DNA from: an uncultured bacterium
GTDB taxonomy: Bacteria > Patescibacteriota > Minisyncoccia > Phycocordibacterales > UBA6065
Direction: 5' to 3'
Assembly: GCA_963841935.1 (NCBI GenBank)
Contig: CAWJEP010000005.1
Location: forward strand, 69,845-133,844
Length of the DNA: 64,000 nt
The notes below the pieces were generated by a model. It saw only the letters and a program-made list of their open reading frames with translations. It searched no databases and was not told the DNA's origin. The first letter of the stretch is position 1; each line of letters starts with the position of its first letter. The position numbers were made by a program, and so were the translations under genes. Positions 1 through 8,601 of this stretch are shown here, piece after piece.

Positions 1-351
1 TCCTGCGCGATTGGAATAATCAATTCGGTCATTCCCGTCATCGTGGCCATTACCGTGCTCTACATCATCTGGGGCGCGTTCAATCTGACAAAGTCCGAAG
101 GCGAAGACCGCAAGAAGTGGGGACAGGTAATTCTCTACGGCGTCGTTGGTTTGTTCATCATGGTGTCCATATATGGCATAGTCAACATTCTCGTCGGCAC
201 TTTCGGTTTCGGAGCAAATAGCATCACCACACCGAATATCTCTGTTGGCGTACAATCGCCAGTCAGTCCGGGAAATATTATAATGTCAACACCAACAAAT
301 TCGAGTCAGGCGCCTGTCACAAGTCAGAATAGTCCGTTCCAGGCGCCTTAA
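1..351 (+). CDS. VirB2/TrbC-like pilin (5' partial)
   Basis: Frame open from base 1; two hydrophobic helices with ...RKKWGQVILYGVVGLFIMVSIYGIV, paralogous to the next two ORFs; S/P/Q-rich tail. Confidence 0.6.
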   Translation, partial: SCAIGIINSVIPVIVAITVLYIIWGAFNLTKSEGEDRKKWGQVILYGVVGLFIMVSIYGIVNILVGTFGFGANSITTPNISVGVQSPVSPGNIIMSTPTNSSQAPVTSQNSPFQAP

Positions 352-453
352 GCCCTGTTGATAACCATTTTCTTTTGTTTTGGGGCGGGGTATAATCATT
401 ATTGTCCCATTGTAAGTCGCATTATTCGGCAATTTATCAGTTTGTTTATAAAT

Positions 454-828
454 ATGAAAAATATAGCTAGAAAAGTAGGTATAGGAGCGGCAATGTTTCT
501 TTTGCCGGCTGTGGCGTTCGCCCAGTACAGCATTCAAAGTTCGACCGGACTTTTTTCCGCCATTCAGTCCATTCTAAACGCCATTATCCCGATTATCATC
601 GCTTTGGCGGTCGTCTTCATTCTATGGGGAATCGTTCAGTCGTTCATAAAAGGTTCCGATGAAGAGCGAAAGGCCGGTCATATGAAGATTCTCTACGGCA
701 TTATCGGTCTCTTCGTCATGATTTCCATTTGGGGTCTCGTGAACATTCTCGTGGGTACGACCGGTCTCAACAATCAGGTTCCGACAAATCAGATTCCGAA
801 CGTAAATAACATTACCAACGGTAGCTAG
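454..828 (+). CDS. VirB2/TrbC-like pilin with signal peptide
   Basis: ATG 454 MKNIARK...PAVAFA signal-like N-terminus; two TM helices, ILYGIIGLFVMISIWGLV motif. Confidence 0.65.
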   Translation: MKNIARKVGIGAAMFLLPAVAFAQYSIQSSTGLFSAIQSILNAIIPIIIALAVVFILWGIVQSFIKGSDEERKAGHMKILYGIIGLFVMISIWGLVNILVGTTGLNNQVPTNQIPNVNNITNGS

Positions 829-837
829 TAAAACCGG

Positions 838-1074
838 GTGTCTATAATCACGAAAGTCTTAACAATCGTCATCGATCCGGCGATTCAAGTCCTCTTGGCC
901 GTCGCTATCCTTTACTTTATCTGGGGAGTCTGGGTGTTTGTTAGAAATGCCGAGAGTCCGGACAAAAGGCAAGAAGGGGCGAGTCACATTCTCTACGCCA
1001 CAATCGGCATATTCGTGATGGTCAGCGTCTTTGGGATCATGGCACTCATTCAGAATTCTTTCGGTCTCCACTGA
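838..1074 (+). CDS. VirB2/TrbC-like pilin
   Basis: Third paralog: FIWGVWVFVRNAESPDKRQEGASHILYATIGIFVMVSVFGI. Confidence 0.6.
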   Translation: MSIITKVLTIVIDPAIQVLLAVAILYFIWGVWVFVRNAESPDKRQEGASHILYATIGIFVMVSVFGIMALIQNSFGLH

Positions 1075-1101
1075 CATACAAAAAAAATTTCGGAAAAGAA
1101 A

Positions 1102-1134
1102 AAGGGCCGAACGCGCGTAGCGCGTTCGGCCCTT
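1102..1134. terminator. Probable bidirectional intrinsic terminator
   Basis: 15-bp perfect inverted repeat aagggccgaacgcgc/gcgcgttcggccctt between convergent genes, A- and T-tracts on flanks. Confidence 0.75.
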
Positions 1135-1145
1135 GGGTTTTTGAA

Positions 1146-1850
1146 CTATCGTGGCCCCGTGGAAAAACTTACGGAGAGCGGGTGATTCACTAGGGATGTG
1201 TACTCGATTGATTGAGTATCCGGCCCAAGTCGCAAAGACTTCAGTTGTTGTCCTGTAGTCGGAATTACCTTCCAGCCGTTTTTCCTTACCGCCATTTGCG
1301 GGTCGTCATCTCCGACGTACACCCCGCTGAAGCAATAATTTTGAGGGATTATCTCGATCTTTGACCACTGTTCACCGCACGGAACGGCGACTGTCTCGAC
1401 CGAACTCCCTTTACCCTCGTCTAGTTTTCTCGTTGCCGCCGGTTTTTCCTTGATCGCTTCCGCAACGTGCGGGTTTACGACAGGCGAGCCGGTTATGATA
1501 ACGAGCGCCAAGAGCGTGGCATTTACCGCGATGGCATTCTTCGGTCTTGTGAGACAGAAAATGACACCGCAGACGATGACAACAACGACCCACGAATGGT
1601 CCGCGGTAAGAGCTTGCCCTATGGCGAAGCCCGAACCTAGGAACTGTATGGACCATATGAGCAGGACGAACGTAACGAGAGCCGTAACCTCGGCGCCGAG
1701 GTTTTTCAACCCAGCGCCGATTTTCTTTACTCCCGCAAGTCCATTGATGTTCGGGACGCTCAGTTTGCCCTCGAACCATGCCCACAGACCTATGGCGACA
1801 AGTAGAAACAGTCCGGCTATTCCAAGCAGAATGTAGTTTATATTTTGCAT
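1146..1850 (-). CDS. Hypothetical membrane protein
   Basis: 234 aa, about 4 hydrophobic segments then soluble domain; GGAGGG RBS upstream. Confidence 0.65.
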   Translation of the reverse strand: MQNINYILLGIAGLFLLVAIGLWAWFEGKLSVPNINGLAGVKKIGAGLKNLGAEVTALVTFVLLIWSIQFLGSGFAIGQALTADHSWVVVVIVCGVIFCLTRPKNAIAVNATLLALVIITGSPVVNPHVAEAIKEKPAATRKLDEGKGSSVETVAVPCGEQWSKIEIIPQNYCFSGVYVGDDDPQMAVRKNGWKVIPTTGQQLKSLRLGPDTQSIEYTSLVNHPLSVSFSTGPR

Positions 1851-1860
1851 GTGGCCCTCC

Positions 1861-2937
1861 TTACTTGGAAACGGTCTCTATGGGGACAGAAATTAACGGT
1901 CCCTGACCACCGAAGGTTACGACTTTCGTCTGGGCCCCTTGGATGGCTTCAGACATTTTTAGAGCGGAATACATACTCGCGCCGTTTGGATTGGTTCCAA
2001 CCGCCGCAAACTCCGCGGTAATCGCCTCTCCCTCAGCCTTGCCTTTGAGTTTGATTACGTCCGCCTCGGCTGTTCCGATGGCGAGAATCTTTCCGGCCTC
2101 ACCCTTACCCTCCTCGATTGTCGCTTGGGCTTCAAGCTTGGCGACTTCGATTGCGGTGCTCGCTTTTAGGATTTCACCCGAAGACCCAGAGAGGTCGTAC
2201 GCGACAAACTCGGCGTGCACGATTTTCACCGCGCCAGCCAGAATTGACCGAACATCTACCCCGTTCGTCGTCAGGAACTTCGCGAGCGACCCGCTCGTTT
2301 TTTCGTCGTTGACCGCGGCACGGAATTGTTCGAGGTTTTTTTCTTTCGAATAGGTCTCGTCCAAACCGCTTATGGCCGATACAGCGAATGGCATCCAATT
2401 GCCCTTGAGTATATAGATAAGATACAACGGCTTGACTATCTCAAGGGTGACGTTCATCAATATCTGGAGTTGGAAGTTTCCGATAATCTTGATGTCGTTG
2501 GACAGAATTGCGTAAACGCTTTTCCAGTACGCGGAATCAACGGCGTTTTCACCCTTGTAAGCACGATGCGCCATTGTGTAGCGCACCTGTTTTGTCATGG
2601 GGTCTGTTGTTGCCTCCAGTTCATCGTATTCGAAATCGTACACGTGAACTCTCCTGAACAAGATACCTACCCACATGATGCCGAATCTCTCTGTAAACCA
2701 ACGGAGTTTTGGCTTGCCGTCGATTATCACGTCGTTCACGGGGTCGTATGTCTTGCCCGGAACGTTGATTAGCATTTCACAGAAGCTTTCGCCCCTGTCT
2801 ATCATCTTCATTTCCCCCGTGGGAACGAAGGTGAACATGATGTTGTTCTTTGCCAGGATATATACGATACCTAACAGCGACCCAGCAATCACGGCTAGTG
2901 AAAGTAGGCACACGAATACTAGGATTATTGCTTGCAT
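1861..2937 (-). CDS. SPFH/band-7-like membrane protein
   Basis: N-terminal TM and C-terminal Ala/Glu repeats (EAQATIEEGKGEA...AEADVIKLKGKAEGEA); start placed at MQAII. Confidence 0.55.
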   Translation of the reverse strand: MQAIILVFVCLLSLAVIAGSLLGIVYILAKNNIMFTFVPTGEMKMIDRGESFCEMLINVPGKTYDPVNDVIIDGKPKLRWFTERFGIMWVGILFRRVHVYDFEYDELEATTDPMTKQVRYTMAHRAYKGENAVDSAYWKSVYAILSNDIKIIGNFQLQILMNVTLEIVKPLYLIYILKGNWMPFAVSAISGLDETYSKEKNLEQFRAAVNDEKTSGSLAKFLTTNGVDVRSILAGAVKIVHAEFVAYDLSGSSGEILKASTAIEVAKLEAQATIEEGKGEAGKILAIGTAEADVIKLKGKAEGEAITAEFAAVGTNPNGASMYSALKMSEAIQGAQTKVVTFGGQGPLISVPIETVSK

Positions 2938-3064
2938 GTTAAAGACCCTTTTGTTTATTAATGCCAAGCGTAGTGCCGGCATTTCCCGCAAAACTCTATC
3001 ATACATATTATATGTATGTCAATGACACGGAAAAGTGGTTTTAGCAATAAAAAAGCCGGCACTT

Positions 3065-3436
3065 TTAAGGTGCCGGCGGTTCAGACTTGCCGAGACTTGC
3101 CAGGGCATCTCTTATTTTTTGCAGATTGACCGGCTTCCCGAGAAATTTGTCGGCCTTGTGGCCGAGTTTCTCGGCGTCGCCGCTCATGAGAATGAATAGG
3201 GTTTCCGGCCGTTCGCTTTTCACGATTTCGGCAAAGACGTCCCCGTTCATGTTCGGCATGTTCGTATCCGAGATGATGATGGAAGGGGCATCCTTTCTGA
3301 AAGCATCGAGTCCCGCCTGACCGTCAGGAACCGTGATTACCTCAAAACCCATTCGGGTCAGGATAATCTCGATTATGTCTCTAATCTCGCCGACGTCCTC
3401 CGCGACGAGGATTGTTTTCTTTTTTGTAGTATCCAT
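3065..3436 (-). CDS. Stand-alone response regulator receiver protein
   Basis: ILVAED...IISDTNMPNMNG...LMSG...FLGKP receiver motifs. Confidence 0.9.
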   Translation of the reverse strand: MDTTKKKTILVAEDVGEIRDIIEIILTRMGFEVITVPDGQAGLDAFRKDAPSIIISDTNMPNMNGDVFAEIVKSERPETLFILMSGDAEKLGHKADKFLGKPVNLQKIRDALASLGKSEPPAP

Positions 3437-3520
3437 AAAAAGGGCATTTTCTTTTGTATTCGGCCGAGTGCCAAATACCACTGAAACCAAAATAGCAGAA
3501 AACACCTAATTTGTCAAATG

Positions 3521-3602
3521 TGCCGGGGAGAGGACTTGAACCTCCATGGATTACTCCGCTTGCTCCTAAGGCAAGTGCGTCTGCCAATTTCGCCACCCCG
3601 GC
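3521..3602 (-). tRNA. tRNA-Leu(TAG)
   Basis: Cloverleaf GCCGGGG...anticodon loop CTTAGGA, long variable arm, GGTTCAAGTCC. Confidence 0.95.
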
Positions 3603-3624
3603 ATTTATCAATACTAACATTTCT

Positions 3625-3717
3625 TGTCGTCACGGATATTCGTTCGCCGTCGCTCACGAATTCCGCGACCCCGACTCGCCATTTTTCGAAACGAAAAATA
3701 TGGCTCCGTCTCGGACA
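3625..3717. repeat. Structured double-hairpin element between tRNAs
   Basis: gtcacggatattcgt/acgaattccgcgac and gccatttttcg/cgaaaaatatggc stems closed by tgtc/gaca. Confidence 0.5.
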
Positions 3718-3758
3718 TGTATCAAAAAATATGAATCAATTCATATTTTTCTATCATG

Positions 3759-3831
3759 TCCGCCCGGTTGGAATCGAACCAACGACCATCTCCTTAAGAG
3801 GGAGCTGCTCTACCAACTGAGCTACGGGCGG
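3759..3831 (-). tRNA. tRNA-Lys(CTT)
   Basis: CCGCCCG acceptor stem, loop CTCTTAA, GGTTCGATTCC. Confidence 0.95.
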
Positions 3832-3893
3832 ATATTTCTATCGCCAAACATTTTTACCACAGAAAAACGAAAACCGAAAGAGTATAAACTTTG

Positions 3894-3975
3894 TGCCCGG
3901 GGTGGGAATCGAACCCACATCTCTTGCGAGACACGATTTTAAGTCGTGCGCGTATACCAATTCCGCCACCCGGGC
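3894..3975 (-). tRNA. tRNA-Leu(TAA)
   Basis: GCCCGGG stem, loop CTTAAAA, long variable arm. Confidence 0.95.
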
Positions 3976-3990
3976 AATTTAAAAGTACGG

Positions 3991-4062
3991 AGGCCACGGG
4001 GAGAATCGAACTCCCGCATAGAGATTTTGCAGATCTCCGAATTACCACTTTTCTACGTGGCC
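3991..4062 (-). tRNA. tRNA-Cys(GCA)
   Basis: GGCCACG stem, loop CTGCAAA, GTTCGATT. Confidence 0.93.
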
Positions 4063-4073
4063 GAGATTTAATA

Positions 4074-4400
4074 CTAATTGTTTTTCGACGCTTCTTCAAC
4101 TCGCTGACGGTTTTTCTCGCCACGGTCTATTTCGAAATCGAAAAAGGGAATACGGAATAATTTCGAATGGCCGACGACATATTCGCGAAAATCGCTCCGT
4201 CGGCGTTTGAGAAAGGCGAGCGCGCGTTCTTCCGAGCTTTCGGGAAAAACGCTGACGAATATTTTCGTGTGTTCGCCTTTCGGGTCCGCGTCGACTTTGG
4301 TGATGGTGATGAGTCCGTCGCCGGCGGATTCGGTAACGACAAACTGTGCCGCGAGGGCGCGGATGATTTCTTCAAATCTGCCGTGTTTTTTTACGTCCAT
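4074..4400 (-). CDS. rbfA: Ribosome-binding factor A
   Basis: ITITKVD...KIFVSVFP...RIPFFDFEID; directly downstream of infB. Confidence 0.85.
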   Translation of the reverse strand: MDVKKHGRFEEIIRALAAQFVVTESAGDGLITITKVDADPKGEHTKIFVSVFPESSEERALAFLKRRRSDFREYVVGHSKLFRIPFFDFEIDRGEKNRQRVEEASKNN

Positions 4401-4401
4401 T

Positions 4402-5976
4402 CTATTTTTCAACCATTATCACATCCTCGATGATATCGCCGGGCGCGATATCGAGCGCCGATTCTATCATCGCGCCGAATTCGAAGCCGACGGCGACCTC
4501 GTCGGTCTTTTTCTTTGCTTGTTCGAGTCCGCGAATCGTCGCTCTCTTTATTTCGGTATTGTTTCTCATGATTTTTATTTCATGACCGACGTGAATAATG
4601 CCCGACAAAACTTTGCCGCCGACGATTTGACGGTCTTTTGTCTTCGAAAAGAAGCGCATTATTTTCGCCGTGCCGGCGACTTCTTCCGCCGTGATTTTCG
4701 GGGTGCGTTTCGCCGACTCCTCCTCTAGCCACTGCGAAAGTTTGTAAATAATGTCGAACATTAGGACCGGAACGCCGAGCCGCTCGGCCGCGACTTTGGC
4801 TGAAGCGTCGGAGGAGACATTGAATCCTATGACGACGGCGCCTTTGGCGGAGCCGGCGAATTTCACGTCGGACTCCGTGATGGCGCCGATGGACGAAGAA
4901 AGGATTTTGAGTGTCACGCGGTCGTTTTTGATTTTCTTTATTTCGTATTCGATGGCCTCGAGACTTCCGGCGAGGTCGGCTTTTATGATGATGGGGAAGA
5001 CGGCTGCTTCCGGAATCTCGGCTTCAGAAAAAGTGGCTTCCGTCTCGCTTGTGCGCTCCGCTCCGACTACGCGCTCGCCGGAAGCCACTTTTTCTTTCGC
5101 CTTATTATTTTGCGCAAAATTTTCCGCGTATTCTTCGGCATCGCGCTTCTTTTCGAAAGTTTGAAAAGTCGCGCCGACTTTCGGGGATTTGCTCCAGCCG
5201 GTGATGACGATTGGTGAAGAAAATGTCGGCGCGACGAGGCGTTTGCCGTTTCCGTCTTCGATAATGCGCGCCGGAGCGACGGCGTCGCCGGCGACGATGG
5301 TCGTGCCGCTTTGCAAAGTGCCGTTTTTAATGATGAGCGTCGCGGCCACGCCTTTTTTCGAGTCGCGAGAACTTTCGACCACTATGCCTTCCGCCGACGC
5401 GTTCGCTTCTCCTTTAAGTCCTAGAATTTCGGCGGAAAGAAGTACGAGGTCGAGGAGAGCCGGCACGCCATCGCCGGTTTTCGCCGATATCGCCGTGAAA
5501 GAAATCGTGCCGCCATAGCCCTCGAGATACACGCCGTTTTCCGCGAGAGAGTTTTTTGTTCGGTCTATGTCCGCGTTTGGCTTGTCTATTTTATTTATGG
5601 CGACAATGAAAGGTGTTTTTGATTCTTCGATGGCTTTGTATGCTTCAATCGTTTGCGGTTTGACCCCGTCTTCGGCGCTGATGACGAGGATGGCTAGGTC
5701 GGCGACACGACTTCCGCGCTTGCGCATTTCTTGGAACGCTTCGTGCCCGGGCGTGTCTATGAAAGTGATTTTCTTGCCGGCGTGTTCTATTTCATAAGCG
5801 GAAATTTTCTGCGTGATGCCGCCGACCTCGGCGTCCACCACATTAGTTTTTCTTATGTAATCAAGAAGTGTGCTCTTGCCGTGGTCGATATGCCCCAAAA
5901 CCGCGACGACCGGAGGTCGCTCGATGGATGTTTTCTTTTCTCCGCCAGTTGGCGGATTGGCTACGGTTTTCGGCAT
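4402..5976 (-). CDS. infB: Translation initiation factor IF-2 (short form)
   Basis: RPPVVAVLGHIDHGKS, DTPGHEAF, NKID, IIKADLAGSLEAI. Confidence 0.97.
   Translation of the reverse strand: MPKTVANPPTGGEKKTSIERPPVVAVLGHIDHGKSTLLDYIRKTNVVDAEVGGITQKISAYEIEHAGKKITFIDTPGHEAFQEMRKRGSRVADLAILVISAEDGVKPQTIEAYKAIEESKTPFIVAINKIDKPNADIDRTKNSLAENGVYLEGYGGTISFTAISAKTGDGVPALLDLVLLSAEILGLKGEANASAEGIVVESSRDSKKGVAATLIIKNGTLQSGTTIVAGDAVAPARIIEDGNGKRLVAPTFSSPIVITGWSKSPKVGATFQTFEKKRDAEEYAENFAQNNKAKEKVASGERVVGAERTSETEATFSEAEIPEAAVFPIIIKADLAGSLEAIEYEIKKIKNDRVTLKILSSSIGAITESDVKFAGSAKGAVVIGFNVSSDASAKVAAERLGVPVLMFDIIYKLSQWLEEESAKRTPKITAEEVAGTAKIMRFFSKTKDRQIVGGKVLSGIIHVGHEIKIMRNNTEIKRATIRGLEQAKKKTDEVAVGFEFGAMIESALDIAPGDIIEDVIMVEK
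5026..5095 (-). repeat. In-frame palindromic element (copy in infB)
   Basis: 17-bp perfect arms agaaaaagtggcttccg around core gcgagcgcgtagtcggagcggagcgcacaagcgaga (coding strand). Confidence 0.85.
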
Positions 5977-6008
5977 AAGATTGTTTTGAAATGAAATGAT
6001 GTGTCACG

Positions 6009-6476
6009 TCAGTTTGATATACGCTCTCTCGCGCGCGATAGGGCTTCGCGCTCTTCGCCGGAAAGTTCGTATTCGGAATTGAAACGAGCTATCGGCTTGG
6101 AAAACACGGAAACACGGTCGCGCGAATACATGCTCGATACTATGAATCCGTCGCCGTTCTCGTCAACGAGCGCGGCGGCGAAACTCTGATTGCCGCCTTC
6201 TCCCGTGCCCTTGAAAGCGTTGAAGCGCACGGTGTGAATTCCTTGGACACTGCGTCGCAATCTTTTCTCGACGCCGACGAAATATTTTTCCGCTTCTCCT
6301 TGAAAGTTTTCTAGAGACTTAACGTCCTTGTCGAGAGAGACAATCGAATCGGCGATATCGACAGTCTTGCAACGCATTACTTTTCGCAGTTTCAGCCGAA
6401 GCATAACGGCGTCGACCGTGACGGCAATCATTAGGACGATGAGAATTATGACGAGAGTGTTTGTGGTCAAGAGCAT
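6009..6476 (-). CDS. DUF4446-like membrane-anchored protein
   Basis: N-terminal TM; VRFNAF..GGNQSFA.A.VD.NGDG...SR...FSKP...LS.EE motif. Confidence 0.8.
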   Translation of the reverse strand: MLLTTNTLVIILIVLMIAVTVDAVMLRLKLRKVMRCKTVDIADSIVSLDKDVKSLENFQGEAEKYFVGVEKRLRRSVQGIHTVRFNAFKGTGEGGNQSFAAALVDENGDGFIVSSMYSRDRVSVFSKPIARFNSEYELSGEEREALSRARERISN

Positions 6477-6531
6477 ACCGACAATATATATCTTTTTCGC
6501 CGATTTCGCAATTATGATTTATGATACTTAG

Positions 6532-7734
6532 ATGTTTCGAAAAAGAATATACGCGGATTACGCTTCGACGACGCCGCTGTCGAGTGAAGCCCGCCGCGCC
6601 ATGAGGAAAACCGAAAAACTCGGAAACCCGTCGGCTATTTATAAAGAAGGCGTCGAAGCGGAAAAATTTCTGGAAGCGGCCCGCGCGCTTTGCGCGCGGG
6701 CCCTCGAATCCCGTCCGGAAGAAATCTTTTTCACCTCCGGCGGCACGGAATCGAACAATCTCGGCGTTGCCGGAGTCATTGAGGCAAGACGTGCCGACGG
6801 GATTCCATATGAAAAAATTCACGTCGTCACGACGCCGATTGAGCATTCTTCCGTTCTCGAATGCGTCAGGGAATACGAAAAACGCGGCGTAAAAATTTCC
6901 TTTGCCGACATAAATAAAGAAGGAATCGTTTCCGTCGAATCAATAAAGAAAAAAATAAATCCCGATACGGTTTTGGTTTCCGTAATGTACGCGAACAACG
7001 AAATAGGCACGATACAGCCGATTCACGAAATCGGAGAAATGATTCGCGAAATGAAAAAAGAAAAGGCAAGCGTGTATCCTTTTTTCCACACTGACGCCTG
7101 TCAAGCACCACTTTTTCTTTCTCTTCATCGGGAAAATCTGCGCGCCGACCTTATGTCTCTCGACGGCCACAAAATATACGGGCCACGCGGCGCGGGAATC
7201 CTTTTCGTGAGAAACGGCGTGAAAATCTCGCCTATTCTTTTTGGCGGCGGACAGGAAAGGGGACTGCGTTCAACCACGGAAAATATTTCCGGCATCGCGG
7301 GAATGGCGGCCGCCCTTCGACAAGCTCAGGGCGGCCGCGAGAAATTTTCCGCGCGAATGAAACTTTTGCGCGACTTTTTCGTATTAGAAACGGAGGAGCA
7401 TTTTCCCGAAGCGGTTCTAAACGGCTCTCTCGAAAAAAGATTGCCGAATAACGCCAATTTTTCTTTCCCGTGGATTTCCGACGCGGAGTTCGCCGTGCTA
7501 ACGCTTGACGCCAAAGGTATCGCGTGCTCGACAAAAAGCTCGTGCCTGAAAGGCGAAGATGAATCATACGTCGTTTCCGCGCTTGAACCGGGAAATAAGT
7601 GGCGCTCGCGGAGCACTTTGCGTTTTACCTTTGGCGTCAAAAACACCAAGCGTGATATAATAAAAATCGTAGAAGCTCTGGAGAATATCAAGAAAATTCT
7701 GGCTAAAAACTCACCCCTTGCTAAAAATCAATAA
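6532..7734 (+). CDS. iscS: Cysteine desulfurase (IscS/NifS class)
   Basis: YADYASTTP, FTSGGTESNN, HTDACQA, GHKIYGP, STKSSC catalytic Cys. Confidence 0.9.
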   Translation: MFRKRIYADYASTTPLSSEARRAMRKTEKLGNPSAIYKEGVEAEKFLEAARALCARALESRPEEIFFTSGGTESNNLGVAGVIEARRADGIPYEKIHVVTTPIEHSSVLECVREYEKRGVKISFADINKEGIVSVESIKKKINPDTVLVSVMYANNEIGTIQPIHEIGEMIREMKKEKASVYPFFHTDACQAPLFLSLHRENLRADLMSLDGHKIYGPRGAGILFVRNGVKISPILFGGGQERGLRSTTENISGIAGMAAALRQAQGGREKFSARMKLLRDFFVLETEEHFPEAVLNGSLEKRLPNNANFSFPWISDAEFAVLTLDAKGIACSTKSSCLKGEDESYVVSALEPGNKWRSRSTLRFTFGVKNTKRDIIKIVEALENIKKILAKNSPLAKNQ

Positions 7735-7753
7735 ATGTTTTACACTCTAAACC

Positions 7754-8581
7754 ATGGATCTCAATAATCTAAACAAACATCAGGTCATTTTGGTGGCGCT
7801 TTTGGTCTCTTTCGTCGCGTCCACGGCCACGGGCATCATTACCGTGTCTTTGATGAATCAAGCTCCGCCGCCGGTGACGCAGACCATAGAGCACGTCATT
7901 CAGACTACTGTCGAAAAAGTCGCGCCCGCCACACAGGGCGCGGCAGTGGCTCAGGAGACCGTAATCGTACAAGAAGACACCGCGACGATCGCCGCCATAG
8001 CCAAAGCGTCGCAATCAATCGTCCGCGTTTATTCTTCCGACCCCTACGGCAACACGCATTTCGTCGGTTTCGGCGTCATAGCCACGAGCTCCGCCTCTGC
8101 GACGACTACTTTCGTCGTCGGTAAAATAACCGTAGCCGGGGAGACAAGCTTCTCCGGACATCTCGAAGGCGGCAACACAGTGAACCTTTCCCTTCTTTCA
8201 ACCGACCCTTCGTCGGGACTTTCCATTTTCTCCATGGCGCAGAGCTCTGATTTGACGCAAGCCAAAGCTTTCACCGGCGCGACCTTCACGAACTCCGACG
8301 GCGTCCAGCTCGGTCAGACGGTCGTGGCGATAGGCGGACAGACCAATCCTTTCATTTCCACCGGCATCATCTCCAGTCTTTCGACGATAACCGTTTCCGC
8401 CACGTCTTCCGACGAAACGGTAACAAATATTTTCTCCAATATTTCCGACCAGGAACTCATGACTAACGCCATTCTTGTCGATCTCTCCGGCAACATTGTC
8501 GGTTTCAAGACGGGCTCAACAGTTTCCGACGGATTTGTTCCGGCAAAATACGCGGTGGCTCTTGTGAACCAAGGCCTATAG
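7754..8581 (+). CDS. Membrane-anchored trypsin/HtrA-like protein, apparently lacking catalytic motif
   Basis: N-terminal TM; SDGVQLGQTVVAIG...STGIIS...LVDLSGNIVG typical of S1C but no GNSGG. Confidence 0.7.
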   Translation: MDLNNLNKHQVILVALLVSFVASTATGIITVSLMNQAPPPVTQTIEHVIQTTVEKVAPATQGAAVAQETVIVQEDTATIAAIAKASQSIVRVYSSDPYGNTHFVGFGVIATSSASATTTFVVGKITVAGETSFSGHLEGGNTVNLSLLSTDPSSGLSIFSMAQSSDLTQAKAFTGATFTNSDGVQLGQTVVAIGGQTNPFISTGIISSLSTITVSATSSDETVTNIFSNISDQELMTNAILVDLSGNIVGFKTGSTVSDGFVPAKYAVALVNQGL

Positions 8582-8601
8582 AAAGTTTCGTATAAAAACA
8601 T

